NCBI GenBank assembly: GCA_034780895.1
Contig: JAUZTB010000001.1
Location: forward strand, 53,300,081 to 53,364,080
Length of the DNA stretch: 64,000 nt
Reading direction: 5' to 3'
From: Rhynchobatus australiae
Lineage: Eukaryota
Made by a program: the position numbers and the translations under genes. Numbering within the stretch: position 1 is the stretch's first letter; every line of letters begins with the position of its first letter. Under the pieces are notes generated by a model, which searched no databases, had not been told where the DNA came from, and saw only the letters and a list, made by a program, of their open reading frames with translations. Shown piece by piece: positions 1-13,399 of the stretch.

Positions 1-2489
1 TCAAAACTTGTCAGTATTTTGATATTTAATGATAAATAATTAAGGCTGTTCACTGAGGGAAAAATATTGTGATTAATTTCTCAATTAATCTAATAATCTT
101 GATTTAATTGCATATTTAGGTAATACAATTACTGGCATCTGTATGACTGGTGATGGCTTTTAGTACTTTTGCTGTTATTGCATGGAATTGATTTGCAAAG
201 TATTTTTAAATTGTTTATAATGAAAGCTATCAGAGCTCAATTTGAGTTATAACTTACTATTTTTCTAACCGATGAACAGTCAAAATGTCTTTTAAAAGTA
301 AACCTCCCATTCATGTCTCAGCTTTTTTTTGCTTAATTCCATAATGCTGTTGTTCACCTCATCCTTTTGGATTTGTGATGAATATTGAATCATATGAACT
401 TTGTTTACATGTCTTATTTGCTTGACTGTTCTATTTATTCTTCTAGCTGTTTCCATGTCCAGCTTTGTTGCATCCAACTACTTTAGCCTACAAAGCCATC
501 TGATCCACCTTGGCAGCTTTCACCACTTAACCTGGTATCATACTTCCTCCTAGACTGGCCACCCTGGTTCATGCCTTATTTGCTGTGTGACTAACAGCCT
601 CCTTTACATACTGGTTTTCTGACCTGTCCTTATGCACCCCAACACTAAGAGTTGTGTGGCTATGAAAGAATGAATACAAGGGTGTGCACTGGAGGATCTG
701 CTGCTATTTGAACTAGAATCATATCAAATTTGGAAAAAAAAACATGACATTTAATGATTTCTGAAAATCAGATTTATTTTTATTAAAAAGTACTTCCATA
801 ATTTTCTGTGATTAATGAATTATACATGTTCATTACCAGTAAAATCAAAGCATTAATCATTGGGAATTAGCTACAATAAATCAGTAGCCCCCAAAATTTG
901 GAAACAGGAGGCAGTTGGGTGGTGTTTGAAAAGAAGTTCAGAAAATTGTATTCTCCTTTTGGGGGGAGAAAGTACCTCCATAATTTTTGTGATTCAGAAT
1001 TTATAAACATCGCCAAATAATTGACAACCATAAATGGTGTATAATCTAAAAATAATTTTAAAAATGATTTTAAAATCAGTGTCTGCATCTACTTTATATT
1101 TTAAATTCTCAGGTCAGATTTTGCTTCCAAAATAATGCAGAAACTAGTGGTGTCACTGTTACGTATCTGTAAATATACAGCAACTTCAGAAAACCCAGCA
1201 ACATGTTCGAGATAACAACATGTCCATGGGATTCATGTGACTTTTTAAATTGTTGAAAGTTCACTTTGTTGATTTGATATTTGGGTGATGAAATTCTTCT
1301 TGTTTCTTTTTGCCAAAACCCCACCACCACCAGCCCTACCATCTTAGCAAATTGGGAAATCCTATTCAGAATCTATGCTGATGTTTTCTGCCCCAACTAT
1401 TGTCATCAGGGATTCCATTTCACTTTCTCTTGCAGCCTTTCAGTGCAGTCCAAGTCTCCCATTATGTACTATATGTTACAGGAATACTCGAGCCCTTTCC
1501 TCCTTTGCAGATCAGTTATTTAAGGGCCCAGTATCCTTAAGTAATTGATGGAAATTACTTCTGGCTTTAGCCCCAGTTCCAACCAACATATGTGTATATA
1601 TTCATAAAATGCTGTGCTTTTGACTGCTTTAGTCTATTACTTCACCAGCACTTTTTTCTGGATGCTATTCACATGGAAATCTAATAATCTGGTAAATTAT
1701 GCTTTGCAGCTCAAAAGTTGCCCCTGATTTGGCTTTGTATGATTACTAAGATCAACATGCCCACTGAACTTGATTTTTGTTGAGTTCAGTACTTAGGACG
1801 GAAAGGGTTTTGAAATTATGGTAAATGAATCTGGGGATAACCTGTTGAACTATAGCCTACTGATGCAAAAGACCCAGGCAAGTTAAGAGGAAGAACTAGA
1901 AAGAAGAGATAAGTACAGACCAGAGTTCTGAGCCCTATTGTTTCTTGCTTCAGAGAAGAAACTTTACTGAAAGTGTGATTCAAATAGTACATTTGGTAAT
2001 GCTCCAATACAGTATATTTGGCAATGCTCCAATTGTATTTTTTCCCACAGTCAGCATCATTGTAGATGATTTTTTTGGTTTTTTGTTTACCCTTTCCTGG
2101 TATTGACTAATGTTGAGGAGTGAATGGTGACAATGGGCTTGAGTGGCTGAATGGGCCAATTCCATTCCAGTGCAACGTGGTTGGAAGGAATTGTAGGCTG
2201 CAGATTCCCTTTTGTTGTCACTTGAGTAAAAATATCAAAAATTAAACTCCAATATTTTCTAAATATGGAAAAATGCAGTAGTTGCATCTAACTAAAGCAT
2301 TAATACCTCAACATCATATAGTTTTTATAAGATGCCCCATGGGTTTCAAGATGCTAATCTACTGATAGTTACTGGCACTCCTTGGTAGGAGCATGTATCA
2401 TTTCTGCCCTGTTATTGCTTTCTACAGTAACGTGGGTTTAGAACTGGGAATTGAGACAATTATTCACCTTCATGTTGTAATTATTCAAT

Positions 2490-2760
2490 CAGCAAAGTAC
2501 AGTACAAAGGAAGGCTATTTGGCCTATCAAGTCTGTGCCAGTCCATCTGTAGAGCAGTTTCACTTTTCCCACATCTCCGCTTCTTTCTCTCCTTCATCAT
2601 TTATCTAGTTAAATTTTGAAGACTATTGTCCTCCATCCCATCAGGCACTATTCCAAACCCTAACCACTTGTGGCGCAAAGAGAAGTTTTTCCTTGTGTTG
2701 TCTCTTTTCTATTGTCTCTAGTCCATCACCTCAGATCTGCAATACCTTTTTTAAAATATC
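2490..2760 (-). mobile_element. Highly decayed CR1-type LINE 3' end
   Basis: Reverse complement resembles the 3' tail of the better-preserved copy ending at 5443. Confidence 0.45.
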
Positions 2761-3190
2761 TTTTGCTACCAATCCTCTGCACAGGTCATGTTACTGTACA
2801 ACACAGAAATTTCAGTGATTCCTGGTTTGCAGTGCCAAAGTATTGAATTATTGTTTTTCTTTGTAAAAATACCACTTTGTAGCTAATTGAAATGTGTCAT
2901 TAATTTTTTTTATTATATGAAAACAATATTAAAGCACGACATATAAATTTAGTTACCAAATAATTTGCATTGCATGAAACGGTGGTCAAGTTATCAGGCT
3001 ATGAATTTTAGAGAACGCCTATGCTCCAAACAAGAGGAGCCTGTCTCATGCCACCTACACACAGCAGAGGTGGAGTGTGGTATGAGCGTAGTCAGAACTC
3101 GCTGTGTAAAGAACCAAAGTCTGACATTTACTCTTGCAGATGTTTCTTTTTATTTTAACTTTCTTTTAAACACAGGTGCTGCAGTTGGTC

Positions 3191-4009
3191 ATGGCAACTT
3201 CATTACCAAGGACCCTTGGTGAATTGCAACTCTATCGTATTCTACAGCGAGCCAATCTCTTGTCTTATTACGATGCTTTCATTCAGCAAGGTGGAGATGA
3301 CGTGCAGCAGCTCTGTGAAGCAGGGGAGGAGGAATTCTTGGAGATCATGGCCTTGGTTGGCATGGCTAGTAAACCTCTGCATGTCAGGAGGTTGCAAAAG
3401 GCTCTAAGAGACTGGGTGACAAATCCTTCTGTCTTTAATCAACCACTGAACTCTCTTCCAGTCAGTAGCATCCCACTGTACAAAATATCTGAGGGCTCGG
3501 CTGCCTACCCTGGATCAAATTCTAACAGTCATGAAAGAAACAATAACCTTCGGGAGCCTCCTGTAAAGTTTCCAAAATGCTTGGCTGCCTTGTGTGGACA
3601 GGGAGTGGGGCCAAATAAGCCTGGCTTAGCAGGGAGTTCACCACTGCAGATACCTAATGAGCCACGGTTCTGGCAAGGACAGTCCACAACTGAGAGTGAA
3701 CATAGTCTTTCCCCTGCTGATCCCTCGTCTCCATCCTCGCCAAGGGAAAATGGTGAAACTCTAGATGCTGCTGCTATCATTTCAATCACAGAATCTGTTG
3801 AACGTTTGATTCAAGGCATTCGAAAAACAGACAAGAATGAAGTGAAAGAGTTTTTAAGAACCAATAAGAAGTTAGCAAAAATGATCAGTCACATCTTTGA
3901 CATGAACGATGGTGACCCTCACAGAGAAGAAGAAATACGAAAATATAGTGCGATATATGGACGGTTTGATTCCAAAAGGAAAGATGGAAAGCATCTTACA
4001 CTTCATGAG
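3191..4009 (+). CDS. NAB1: NAB1 coding exon 1 (NCD1, linker, first part of NCD2)
   Basis: Pyrimidine tract + CAG acceptor at 3173-3175; ATG at 3191 in strong Kozak context (gtcATGG); [27 protein letters not shown]...[24 protein letters not shown]; donor GT at 4010. Confidence 0.97.
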
Positions 4010-4689
4010 GTACAGGATTTTCTTCTAGTACTCCACTTTTTCTCTTATAAAATTTGTAAATTTTGCAGTAGAATAGGTGAAGCCCAAGATCGCTGTAATA
4101 TCAATGTTGCCTCAGTCATCAAACCATGCTAAAGTGCTGTATTTGAAAATGGGCAAGATTTCAGCTCCCGCCTTAGTTTAGAAATGACAGATCTTCATAC
4201 ATATGTTCATGGTGGGTGGGAGTGTTGTCTGTCTTGGGTACTCGGATCATTTACTGGAATGTGCAAAGCCTGTAGTTTAGTTGTTAATGTCACATACTTG
4301 CTTTCCAATAAAAGTTGGGCTGAAGCATGAACAAAACAATCAGATCTCATTATAAAAGATTGTGACTTTAAGGTTCTCGCAGATCAGGTGTATGGTCTAC
4401 AAGGAGGTTTTTTCAAAAATGTTCAAGAATCTTTGTCATCTTCCTGTCATGCATTCAGCATAAAATTGTAGACTTTGGACTGATTAAACCTAGCCCAGCT
4501 TACAGGCAACTTGTTTTGCTTCATTCTCCCAAACTGTTTTTCTGGATGCGTTTGGGTACATCTGCAGATGCATCTTTTATAGATTTTCCCTTGCCTTTCA
4601 ATGTAACCTTTTCCCTATAACTTACTGATATTACAAGCAGGTAATGGAATATCTGAAACCTTGCTGTATTTTCAGAAGTCATACCAGAG

Positions 4690-5443
4690 TAGGACTTTTG
4701 CAGTGAATGGTAGGGCCCTGGAAAGTGTTGTAGAATGGAGGGACCTAGGAGTACAAGTAAATAGTTCCCTGAAAGTGGTGTCACAGGTAGGCAGAGTGGT
4801 GAAGAAGGCTTTTGGCATGCTGGCCTTCGTCAGTCACAGCATTGAGCATAGAAGTTGGGATGTTATGTTGCAGTTGTACAAGACGTTGGTGAAGCTACAC
4901 TTGTAGCAGTGTGAACAAAACTGAACACATTACTCCACGAAAGATGCCATTAAGCTGGAAAGAATGCAGAAAAGATGTATGAGGATGTTGCCAGGACTTG
5001 AGGGACTGGGTTGTAAGGAGAGGTTTGGCAGGCTAGGACTTTACTCCTTGGAGCATAGGAGACTGAGGGGTGATTTTATAGAGGTGCATAAAATCATGAG
5101 GGGCATAGATAGGGTGAATGCACAGTCTTTTTCCCAGGGTTGTTGAATCAAGAACTATAGGGCATAGGTTTAAGGTGAAAGGAGAAAGATTCAATAGGAA
5201 CCTGAGGGGCAACTTTTTTTTACACAGAGGGTGGGACGTATATGGAACAAGCTGCCAGAGGAAGTGGTTGAGGCAGGTACCCGTAACAACATTTAAAAGA
5301 CATTTGGACAGGTACTTGGATAGGAAAGATTCAGAGAGAAATAGGTCAAACACGGGCAATTGGGTCTAGCTTAGTTGGGCATCTTGGTCAGCATGGACCC
5401 GTTGGGCTGAAAGGCCTGTTTCCATGCTGTATGATTCTATAAC
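4690..5443 (+). mobile_element. CR1/HER1-like LINE, 5'-truncated (ORF2 C-terminus + 3' UTR)
   Basis: RDLGVQV..SLKV..QV.RVVKKAFGMLAF; LYKTLV; LE.RRLRGD.IEV.KIMRGIDRV; tail gggctgaaaggcctgtttccatgctgtatgattcta. Confidence 0.9.
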
Positions 5444-6821
5444 TGATGTGACCAATGGTGGTCTTGTAATCAATGAGATTCACTGAGAAAGAAAAGGAGG
5501 TACAACAGAGAAGTAGGATCAATGTAGGGAAGGTTTGGTATGGGAATGGAGTAGAAAAAGATTTGAAAAAAATGCAGCCAAAGAAAAATAAAAATCTTAA
5601 GTTACGAAGTGAGATTCCACAGTTCAAGTTGCCCACTTTTTGGGATGAAGAGATGGAAGGAGAGACTTGAATGGTATTCCAACACTTGAAGACAATTTGG
5701 GTGGGAGTGGGGTGGCCAGTACTGACTGTGTAGTGTGTCTAGTTGGTAATTAAGGCACAAATGCAGCAATTCCATGAAATTACAAAGGGCAAGCTATTGT
5801 TTTTTGCAAGGCTAATGGGTATTTGTGTAAATTACCACAGCAACATGACTTTTGCCATAGCACATCCCTCCTTTACCACAAGTTGTTGAGGACTTGTACA
5901 TTAAGAATGGTGAATTCCATTAAGCTAACTAATTATGATGACAAAATCTAGTCTATTAATTTAATGTGATGTTACACTTTATTTGATTTTTGCATATTGT
6001 TAGCTAAATTGTATTATTTTTTATTTATAAAAATTTGTATCCACAAAGTTCTATTTTTTTCTCTTTCAACTGCATTACATTTTTTAAAACTTTTGCATAA
6101 TCTTAATCTTCCCATCATAAGTTTTAAGTAAAGAACTCCATACTGCAGCAAAAGTTCCCTCCATATGCAAAGACACAAATAACTTTGACATTCCTTAACT
6201 CCAGCTTAAGAAGAGTAATTTATACTGCACCAAAAGTAATATCATGTAGGCTTTTGGAAAGCAATCTGCTATAACCAATTGTGATCTAACCTTGGAAGGA
6301 AATCTGAAGCTACATTATAGAAATATGTTTTCACAACTTTAGTTTTATGGTATTGCATGGCTTTATTTCAGTTATGACAAAGATGAGTTTTTTTTTCATT
6401 CAACACTTTGTTGAAAGGCTTGCTGTTTCCTGGCAATTTTATCCCCTTCCCTCCACAAGAAATATTGCTGAGGCCCTTTTTTTTAAAAAAAACCATTCAA
6501 CAAATGGACTTCCCAAAGTCAATCGATAGCAATCAATGGAAGAACTTTGGTTTTATTTCCCACAACCAACTTTTGTTGACTTGTGCAAGTTCTTGATTGC
6601 AATCTATAACACTTCATCCTGTTTCTCAGAAGAACCTCAAAGTGATAGTTAGTGCAGTTACCATTAAAGTAGCCCCTTTGCCACAGACCCAACTTAGATT
6701 AGCTGATTCATTTATAGTTCAAGGACCTAATCTTTCTACTACTTATGGCTTAACCACTCACGTTTTAGCCAGCTGAGCCATCAAAGTAACTGTACAACTC
6801 ATAATTTGGTGTTTTCTGCAG

Positions 6822-6955
6822 CTAACTGTTAATGAAGCAGCCGCTCAACTTTGTACAAAGGACATTGCTTTGCTCACTCGGAGAGATGAACTATTTACGT
6901 TAGCTCGACAGGTCTCCCGAGAAGTAACCTACAAATATACTTACAAAACTTCCAG
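6822..6955 (+). CDS. NAB1: NAB1 coding exon 2 (rest of NCD2)
   Basis: ttttctgcag| [44 protein letters not shown](R) |gtggga; 134 nt, phase 0 to 2. Confidence 0.96.
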
Positions 6956-7053
6956 GTGGGAACCTTCATTTTAAACTACATTTGTATTTTCCTATCTAAT
7001 CTGACAGTGTAAAATATTAATTATTAAAGCTACACATGTTTACTTAACTGCAG

Positions 7054-7105
7054 GTCTAGATGTGCAGAACAAGAGGAATCATCTCCCAAGCGTATAAAGA
7101 CTGAG
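7054..7105 (+). CDS. NAB1: NAB1 coding exon 3 (KRIK basic motif, IKTE SUMO consensus)
   Basis: ctgcag| (R)SRCAEQEESSPKRIKTE |gtaaca; 52 nt, restores phase 0; preceded by a 98 bp intron. Confidence 0.95.
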
Positions 7106-9320
7106 GTAACATATGATTTAGTATTTTATGTGCATCCTTCCTACTTTTTCTGTTCATGAGTGCAAGAGATATGTAATGAAGTGCATAGGCTCTATCAGTT
7201 TCTTGATGACACATTCAAGTAGTATTATTTTGTAAAATGTCNNNNNNNNNNNNNNGAGTTTCTTACTCTGGTTTTTGAGAAGTAAAGTGGAGAAAATGTG
7301 CTAAAGTACAAAAAAAGAAATATTTTTTTAAAAGAAAGAGAGAATGTTGCCACTGTACAAAATTAGGCCAAGCATGGGTGGCATTCGCTCTTCTGCATTA
7401 TAAATAAGTGATGGACTCAGTTCTTTTAAAAAGTAGTTCTTTAGCCAATGAAATTGGTTGTATTTTCACAGTGCACACATGCAAAATCTGGACCTCTGTA
7501 TACATTAACTCACATGTTTGGGGCTTGCACAAAGAACTGGGTGTGGTTGGATTTAATAAAATCAGAAATCCTACAGAGTATAATTGGGGCAAAGTTACAT
7601 GTACAGTTAAAGTTGTACAGCCTGGAATGTATAAAAGAAAGTCAGGTCATATGTAATGACTGTAGGGTCACAGTTATTTAATTGAACAGAACACAAAGAT
7701 GTGTTAGTTATTTTACATGATGGTTGTCAATATTGTGTGCAAGTATTATATATAGCTAAGTGTTATTTACTGGAACTAAAAGCTGATCATACCACAACTA
7801 TGATGGCATTCTCATGCATCAAATCACTTCCACACACAAAATTTTCAAAATGTTCCCTATTTTCAGCATGTATTAAAACAACATCAAATACTTCAAGATT
7901 AGATGGAATTTTTAAAATGTTTTTGATTGTTTCAGACAACAATCTTACTGGTCTTGGACATCAGAATTACTTAAATATATACTGTATGTTTCCTGAAGGA
8001 AGCTAAGGGAATGGAAGTTCAGCCAGGAAGGGGAAACCAAATAAAGTTTAAAAATGTGGATTTTGAAAGGTGGAGTGATTTGCAGAGGGAATGCCAGGGA
8101 GTGGGGTCAAGGTGGCTTAAATATATTACAAAGCTGGTGGGGGGGGGGGGGGAGGAGAGTGCTGTTGGGGTATCTGGGGAATAGCAGCCAGCATCATAGG
8201 ACAGATTGAGATGTGGAGGATGTGGAAAATGCTTTTGCATAACCTGCGTTTATTTGATTGTATAAAGAAATGAAAAGCCATGGCAGAAATGGTTTAAGCT
8301 TGTTCATTTTCTAAGGTATCTGCTGTTTAGTAATTGGCGCAAAGGTTACATATGCAGTTAAAATGATACCCAAATTATCTGTGAGTGCTAACCAATAAAA
8401 TGCAGATTTGGGCTGACTAGCAATCAGAATATCACTCAGGACGGTGGCTGCCTTCTAATTTTACATTCTGGATATTCTCAAGATTCACTATCCAATTAGT
8501 GGAATGCTGGGAAGTTTCCTTCACAGCATACTTGTCATTGGGTTTAACCAAGTGGCCTGATTTACTTGAACCTGCATATCTCACTTGTGTTGCTTCTGGC
8601 AATTTGTGGCTGGTCTACCAAAAGGGGTGCTTTCCAGAACGAGACACACATTGGGCAAGGTTCCATTTATCCTATGAATGTAAGAGTCCTGCTAATAGTA
8701 AATCTTCACGGCCATTTTCTTTTTCTTTTAGGTACACGGTAGTGATCCATCACTCTGTTTATATATGTTAATACTGTTTAGATAGGGGACTGCTTTGAAT
8801 ATATAGAGTGGGCTGACTTTATTTTTCTATTCTTGAGCAGCCTGTCTTGTTAGGGAGTGATTGCAGAATGCAAAGTCAGTCATTCTTGTCAGATTCCTTG
8901 TTTGCAATCCAAACACAAGCTTGTTTAAATGTTTTCAATCCATAAATGGACTTTCTCCCCATTGTCAGTTTACTGATTTTCATTGCCTTAGCTTTCAGTT
9001 GTCAACAAAATTAACTACTAGGCTCTATCTTTGAGGAAGTTGAAATAAATCATTTCAGATGCTGCTTAGATTTTTGAGATGTGTTGGCATTTTGGATACT
9101 ATATCAAATGAGCAATGATATGTTTAACCGGGTTGAGAGGATGTCTCCTGTTATGTTTGTTCTTCATTAAGAGACAAAACTTGGCATGGGTTTTAACTTC
9201 TGAAGTTCTTAATATAACACAAAATGCATCTTAACTGTACAGCTGCTGCTACAGACTGCAAAACAAAGTCTGCTAACTCATCCTGTTTTTTTTACACAGC
9301 TTGCTTGCTTACTCACAGTC

Positions 9321-9376
9321 ACTTCCTGATTTCCCCCCATGTGACCCCTTGCATTGCCTGCTGGGAACTGTAGTTC
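9321..9376. promoter_or_regulatory. Motif cluster: ETS, E-box, ZNF143/THAP11-type site
   Basis: ACTTCCTG 9321-9328, CATGTGAC 9338-9345, and ACTACAGTTCCCAGCAGGC on the minus strand at 9356-9374. Confidence 0.45.
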
Positions 9377-10439
9377 TTTATTATAACTACATAACAACAC
9401 ATAATAACACATCTCCTAGATTAGGTGTCCATGGACTTTGAGTAAAAGGATAAGTGTGTATTTGATCTTGGCTGTCTTCTAATTCTCTATCCCAGTTGTA
9501 TGGTTTTATTTGAATGGGAGTTAGTTAAGCATGCTTTGAGTACTAATTAAAGAACCAGGATCTGAGATTATTTATGTAGAAATCCCCCTTGGGAGACTGA
9601 ATAGTACTGAGCTCTCTAGCAGCAATAATTGTACATAGATTGGAGGAGTGGATTTGAAGGACTCGCTCACCTTTTCCCCAAGCTGAAATTTTGGGGGTCC
9701 TTTCATGATTTCACCAGCGAGAATATTCTCATTGTGCAAAGTCAATTGTTTTTCTGTATCCTCTCAGAACTTTCTCAGCAATGACTGATTGTGAAATATG
9801 CCCACGTTATTGTGGAGATGTCATGGGAAGAATTGACCTGCATTTAGAAAAGAGGGTTTCTAAATGTAATTTCCAATTAGTGCAAGAGAAGAATATCGAG
9901 CTTGTGTATAACTTTGTTGTACAGTGTTTCCTTCCCCCAGATTTATAGCCAGTATCTACCAATGCACAGCTTTTTATTAATGGCCAGATTCACTATCTGA
10001 ATCACTCCTGAGGGCCACCTATGCAAAAGTCCTCCATAAAAGTCTTGAACTTCTTCAGTGGTCCATGTCATTGTTATTCTGTGCCTTTTTAATATTGGGT
10101 TCCTTGTGGATTCAGTGGGGGGAACAGCAGTTCCCCAACATATCTGCTGGGGGAATCTGAAGGTTAATCCTTTGCCAGGTTAGATCTGAGACATGTTTAA
10201 TGACTCCATTTGTTTCACTGGAGAGGAACAGCTCCAAATGAGACATGTAAATTTTAAGTAATTTATATTTTTTTTAGAACTAATTTTGTTAAGTATTGTC
10301 AACAAATCTACCTAAATATTTTTTGTTGTTGTTTTTCATTTTAATTGTTCAAAAATTGATTTAAAAATTGTTTTTCAGTATTCTTAACATCTGAATGTCA
10401 GACATTTGGAACTTCTAACTTCTCTGACAGCCACCAAGT

Positions 10440-10815
10440 CTAGGGAACTCTATAGAACTCTAGTCAGGCCGCATTTAGAGTATTGCATGCAATTCTGATC
10501 ACCTCACTATAGGAAGGATATTGAGGCTTTGGAGAGGATGCAGAGGAGGTGTTACTAGGATGCTACCTGGATTAGAGGGCTTGTGCTATAAGGAGAGGCT
10601 GAACAAACTTGGGCTCTTTTCTCTGAAGCAGTGGAGGCTGAGGGGTGATCTGTTGGAGGTATATAAAATTATGAGGGGCATAGATAGGGTAGACAAGCAA
10701 TATGTTTTTCCCATTATTGAGTGATCCATTACCAGAGAGCATGCATTTAAGGTGAGAGGGGGTAGGTTCAGAACAGACGTGAGGGGTACATTTTTTACTG
10801 AGAGAGTGGTGGATG
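10440..10815 (+). mobile_element. CR1-type LINE 3' fragment, young subfamily, ends at a gap
   Basis: TRMLPGLEGLCYKERLNKLGLFSL..RLRGDLLEVYKIMRGIDRVD; very similar to 14230-14465. Confidence 0.88.
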
Positions 10816-10915
10816 NNNNNNNNNNNNNNNNNNNNNNNNNNNNNNNNNNNNNNNNNNNNNNNNNNNNNNNNNNNNNNNNNNNNNNNNNNNNNNNNNNNNN
10901 NNNNNNNNNNNNNNN

Positions 10916-11112
10916 CTTCCCTGTAGCTGTGACACTTTACTCTGTATTCTGTTATTGTTTTTACCCTGTACTACCTCAATGCACTGTGTACTAACTCAAT
11001 GTATCTACACTGTGTAATGAATTGATCTGTGTGAATGGTATGCAAGACAAGTTTTTCACTGTACCTTGGTACAAGTGACAATAATAAACCAATAACAACA
11101 CCAATCTGATAC
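10916..11112 (+). mobile_element. LINE 3' UTR remnant, probably Rex1/Babar-like
   Basis: Ends in aagtttttcactgtaccttggtacaagtgacaataataaacc plus a short tandem tail, like the ends at 23190-23250 and 48410-48472. Confidence 0.55.
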
Positions 11113-11789
11113 TAACTGCAGAAAGTACAGCTTATGAACCTCTAGTCAAACTGAATCACAAGCTCCTCATCTGCAAGGCACATAAACAACTCAATGGGCT
11201 GTGTTTTGCAAGGAAAATGCCAACAGTTCCAGATGTAACTGCTGGCATTTCACTACGGGTGTGTCAGCAAATTCTGGGTGTGTGTAAACGCAGAAGTAAT
11301 TTGAGAGAAAACATGGACGAGGTGAACAATGAAGCATTTACAGTGCTGCTTAGGGCACTGGGTCCAGATTTAGCTCTGCTTAGTTGCTCTTCCAGAAACA
11401 AGCAATAAAAAATCTGGAGCATGGGAGTTCACAGGAGCAGGGTAGGATGTTGGAGGTATCACGACACTCCAATTACAAGCACTGCAAATGAGTGAACAAA
11501 AGCCTCACGCCTTTTCTGCGCGAGCTGCTTGGGGACACAGTCCAATCCAACTGGGTGATGAGCAGACTTGTCAGTGAGCCTTAAAGGGACCACTGGTGGG
11601 TGTTTCACTGGAGCCTCAAGATATTTTTGAGGAGCTGGGAGGAGAACACACACTAATTCTCTCAGGATTGGCCCTCAATCCCCTGCCTCAGGGACACAAG
11701 CAATAGACAAGCTGGACTAGTGCAATTTTTCTCAGAGTCTGCAACAGACCAGCAATGTTCAAATGTGGCCAAGGTTGGAATGTGATTTG

Positions 11790-12200
11790 GAGTTGAAAAT
11801 TGGCAGCAGTGGCTCAACCTTCAAGCGAGAATTTTATGGGTTCACACCAGAGGCTTGAGGAGAAAATCTAGGCTGATTGCTCTGTGCATTGTGATTGTTC
11901 TGATGCAGATATGAGCAGTTAAACCAGAGCTTCATCTGGCCTCTCAGGTGGATAAAAAAGAGCCCAGAGCCACTACTTTGGAGAAGTGTAAGAGAGCTCT
12001 CCCTTGTCGGGCTCAGTCTCTGAACTAGCATCACTAAAGCAGATGATTGTTATGTCTCTTCGTGGGAGCTTACAGTGCACAAATTGGCAACAGCACTTCT
12101 TAAATGACAACATAAAATAATACTTCATTAGTAGTTATGTAGCTAGAAAGCACAAGGTATCCAGGGATTGTTAAGAATTCCATAAACAGTTCTTTTTTCT
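11790..12200 (+). mobile_element. Deu-domain SINE (SacSINE/AmnSINE-related), decayed
   Basis: gttaaaccagagc..ctctcaggtggataaaaaagagccc..catcactaaagcagat..gtgggagcttacagtgcacaaattggc follows the Deu domain order. Confidence 0.7.
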
Positions 12201-13399
12201 TTATAGGCGGCTTGTATATTCAGGGAATGAACTGTGCATTAGGTTACTAAGAATTAAAAAGAGTCAAAGCAAAAGCTAAGCAACAACAGAAGAAAAGGTT
12301 ATAGTCAATTTTTAATATAAAATTGAGTTCAAGGTCATAAATCATCTCAAATGTTAAAACTGTAACAACTTGTAAGCTGTGAAGGAAATTTGCGGATGAA
12401 ATTGGCCATTTGCAAGGTGTTTCCACTTGCTCCAACTCATAAGCTGTCAAATGACGCAGATCTTCTCCTGATTATAAATCCTCATGGATCTCCTGTTTCA
12501 ATCTAAAAGCAATAAGGGTCACAAAAGTTCTAAGTGTCAGCTATACTTTAGGCAAATGCATCAATAATGAAATGTTTTGATTGGATTAAGCCAGATTTAG
12601 GATTTGCCCACGAGCAACAGAATGGCATGAAAAAGAAATTGTCAGCCGGACAAAGTATGTGAAGCTTCGGAGCTAGCAAACAAAGGAAGAGTTTAGAGGT
12701 TTCAGCTTGGTCAGTTCCTAAGTCCATTTCCTTCATTCTCCACGCCAGGTGATCTATAACTGATGCTGATAACCAGAGCCCTGGTGTTGAGACACAGAAC
12801 ACCCTTCCTTCATTTTCTGCACAAAGCCAGACCTTATCGCTTCAGGCAAAAATCTAAGATATTGGCTCCATGTGTGCTTGAGACAGTAATGCGTGAATAC
12901 TTAGTCAGGCAATGTCAAAACCTTGGCAATTCATGTTAATTACTTGCATTGGCTTAGTGAACTTTGGCTCTTCTCTCCAAAGCTCAGCAAGTGAATAAAC
13001 CTTTACTTGTTTTGCCTCCACTTCTCATAGATATTCAGGGATGTACCACATGGCAGACTCAAACAAGGTCAAAGCATGTGAAGTCAAGGACCAAGTAGCA
13101 GAATAGAGAGAAATTGAAGGGTAGGGATAAAGTTTGCTCCTCAGAGTGATAATAGGTGGGAAATAGTGTTCTGCAATGATTGGTGAGGGACCACTATTGT
13201 TCACTGATTAGATCAAGTTGTCATGGCTACAATTTCAATTGTATCACACAAAATGAAAAACAGTCAATGCTGGCAAAACTGAAAAAAATTACTGAGAAAA
13301 GTTAATAAACTTGACCAAAGATGATCCATCTTGGCCTCCTCTTGGGATTTCCACATCACAGAAGCCAACTTCCTGCTAAGCTGATTCATTTCATGTGAC

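Noticed and set aside
3176-4132. 318 aa ORF taken as a complete gene
   Set aside because: It starts at a GTG at the exon edge and reads through the donor at 4010 into intron; the coding part is 3191-4009.
8139-8152. G14 homopolymer
   Set aside because: Simple mononucleotide run with no supporting context.
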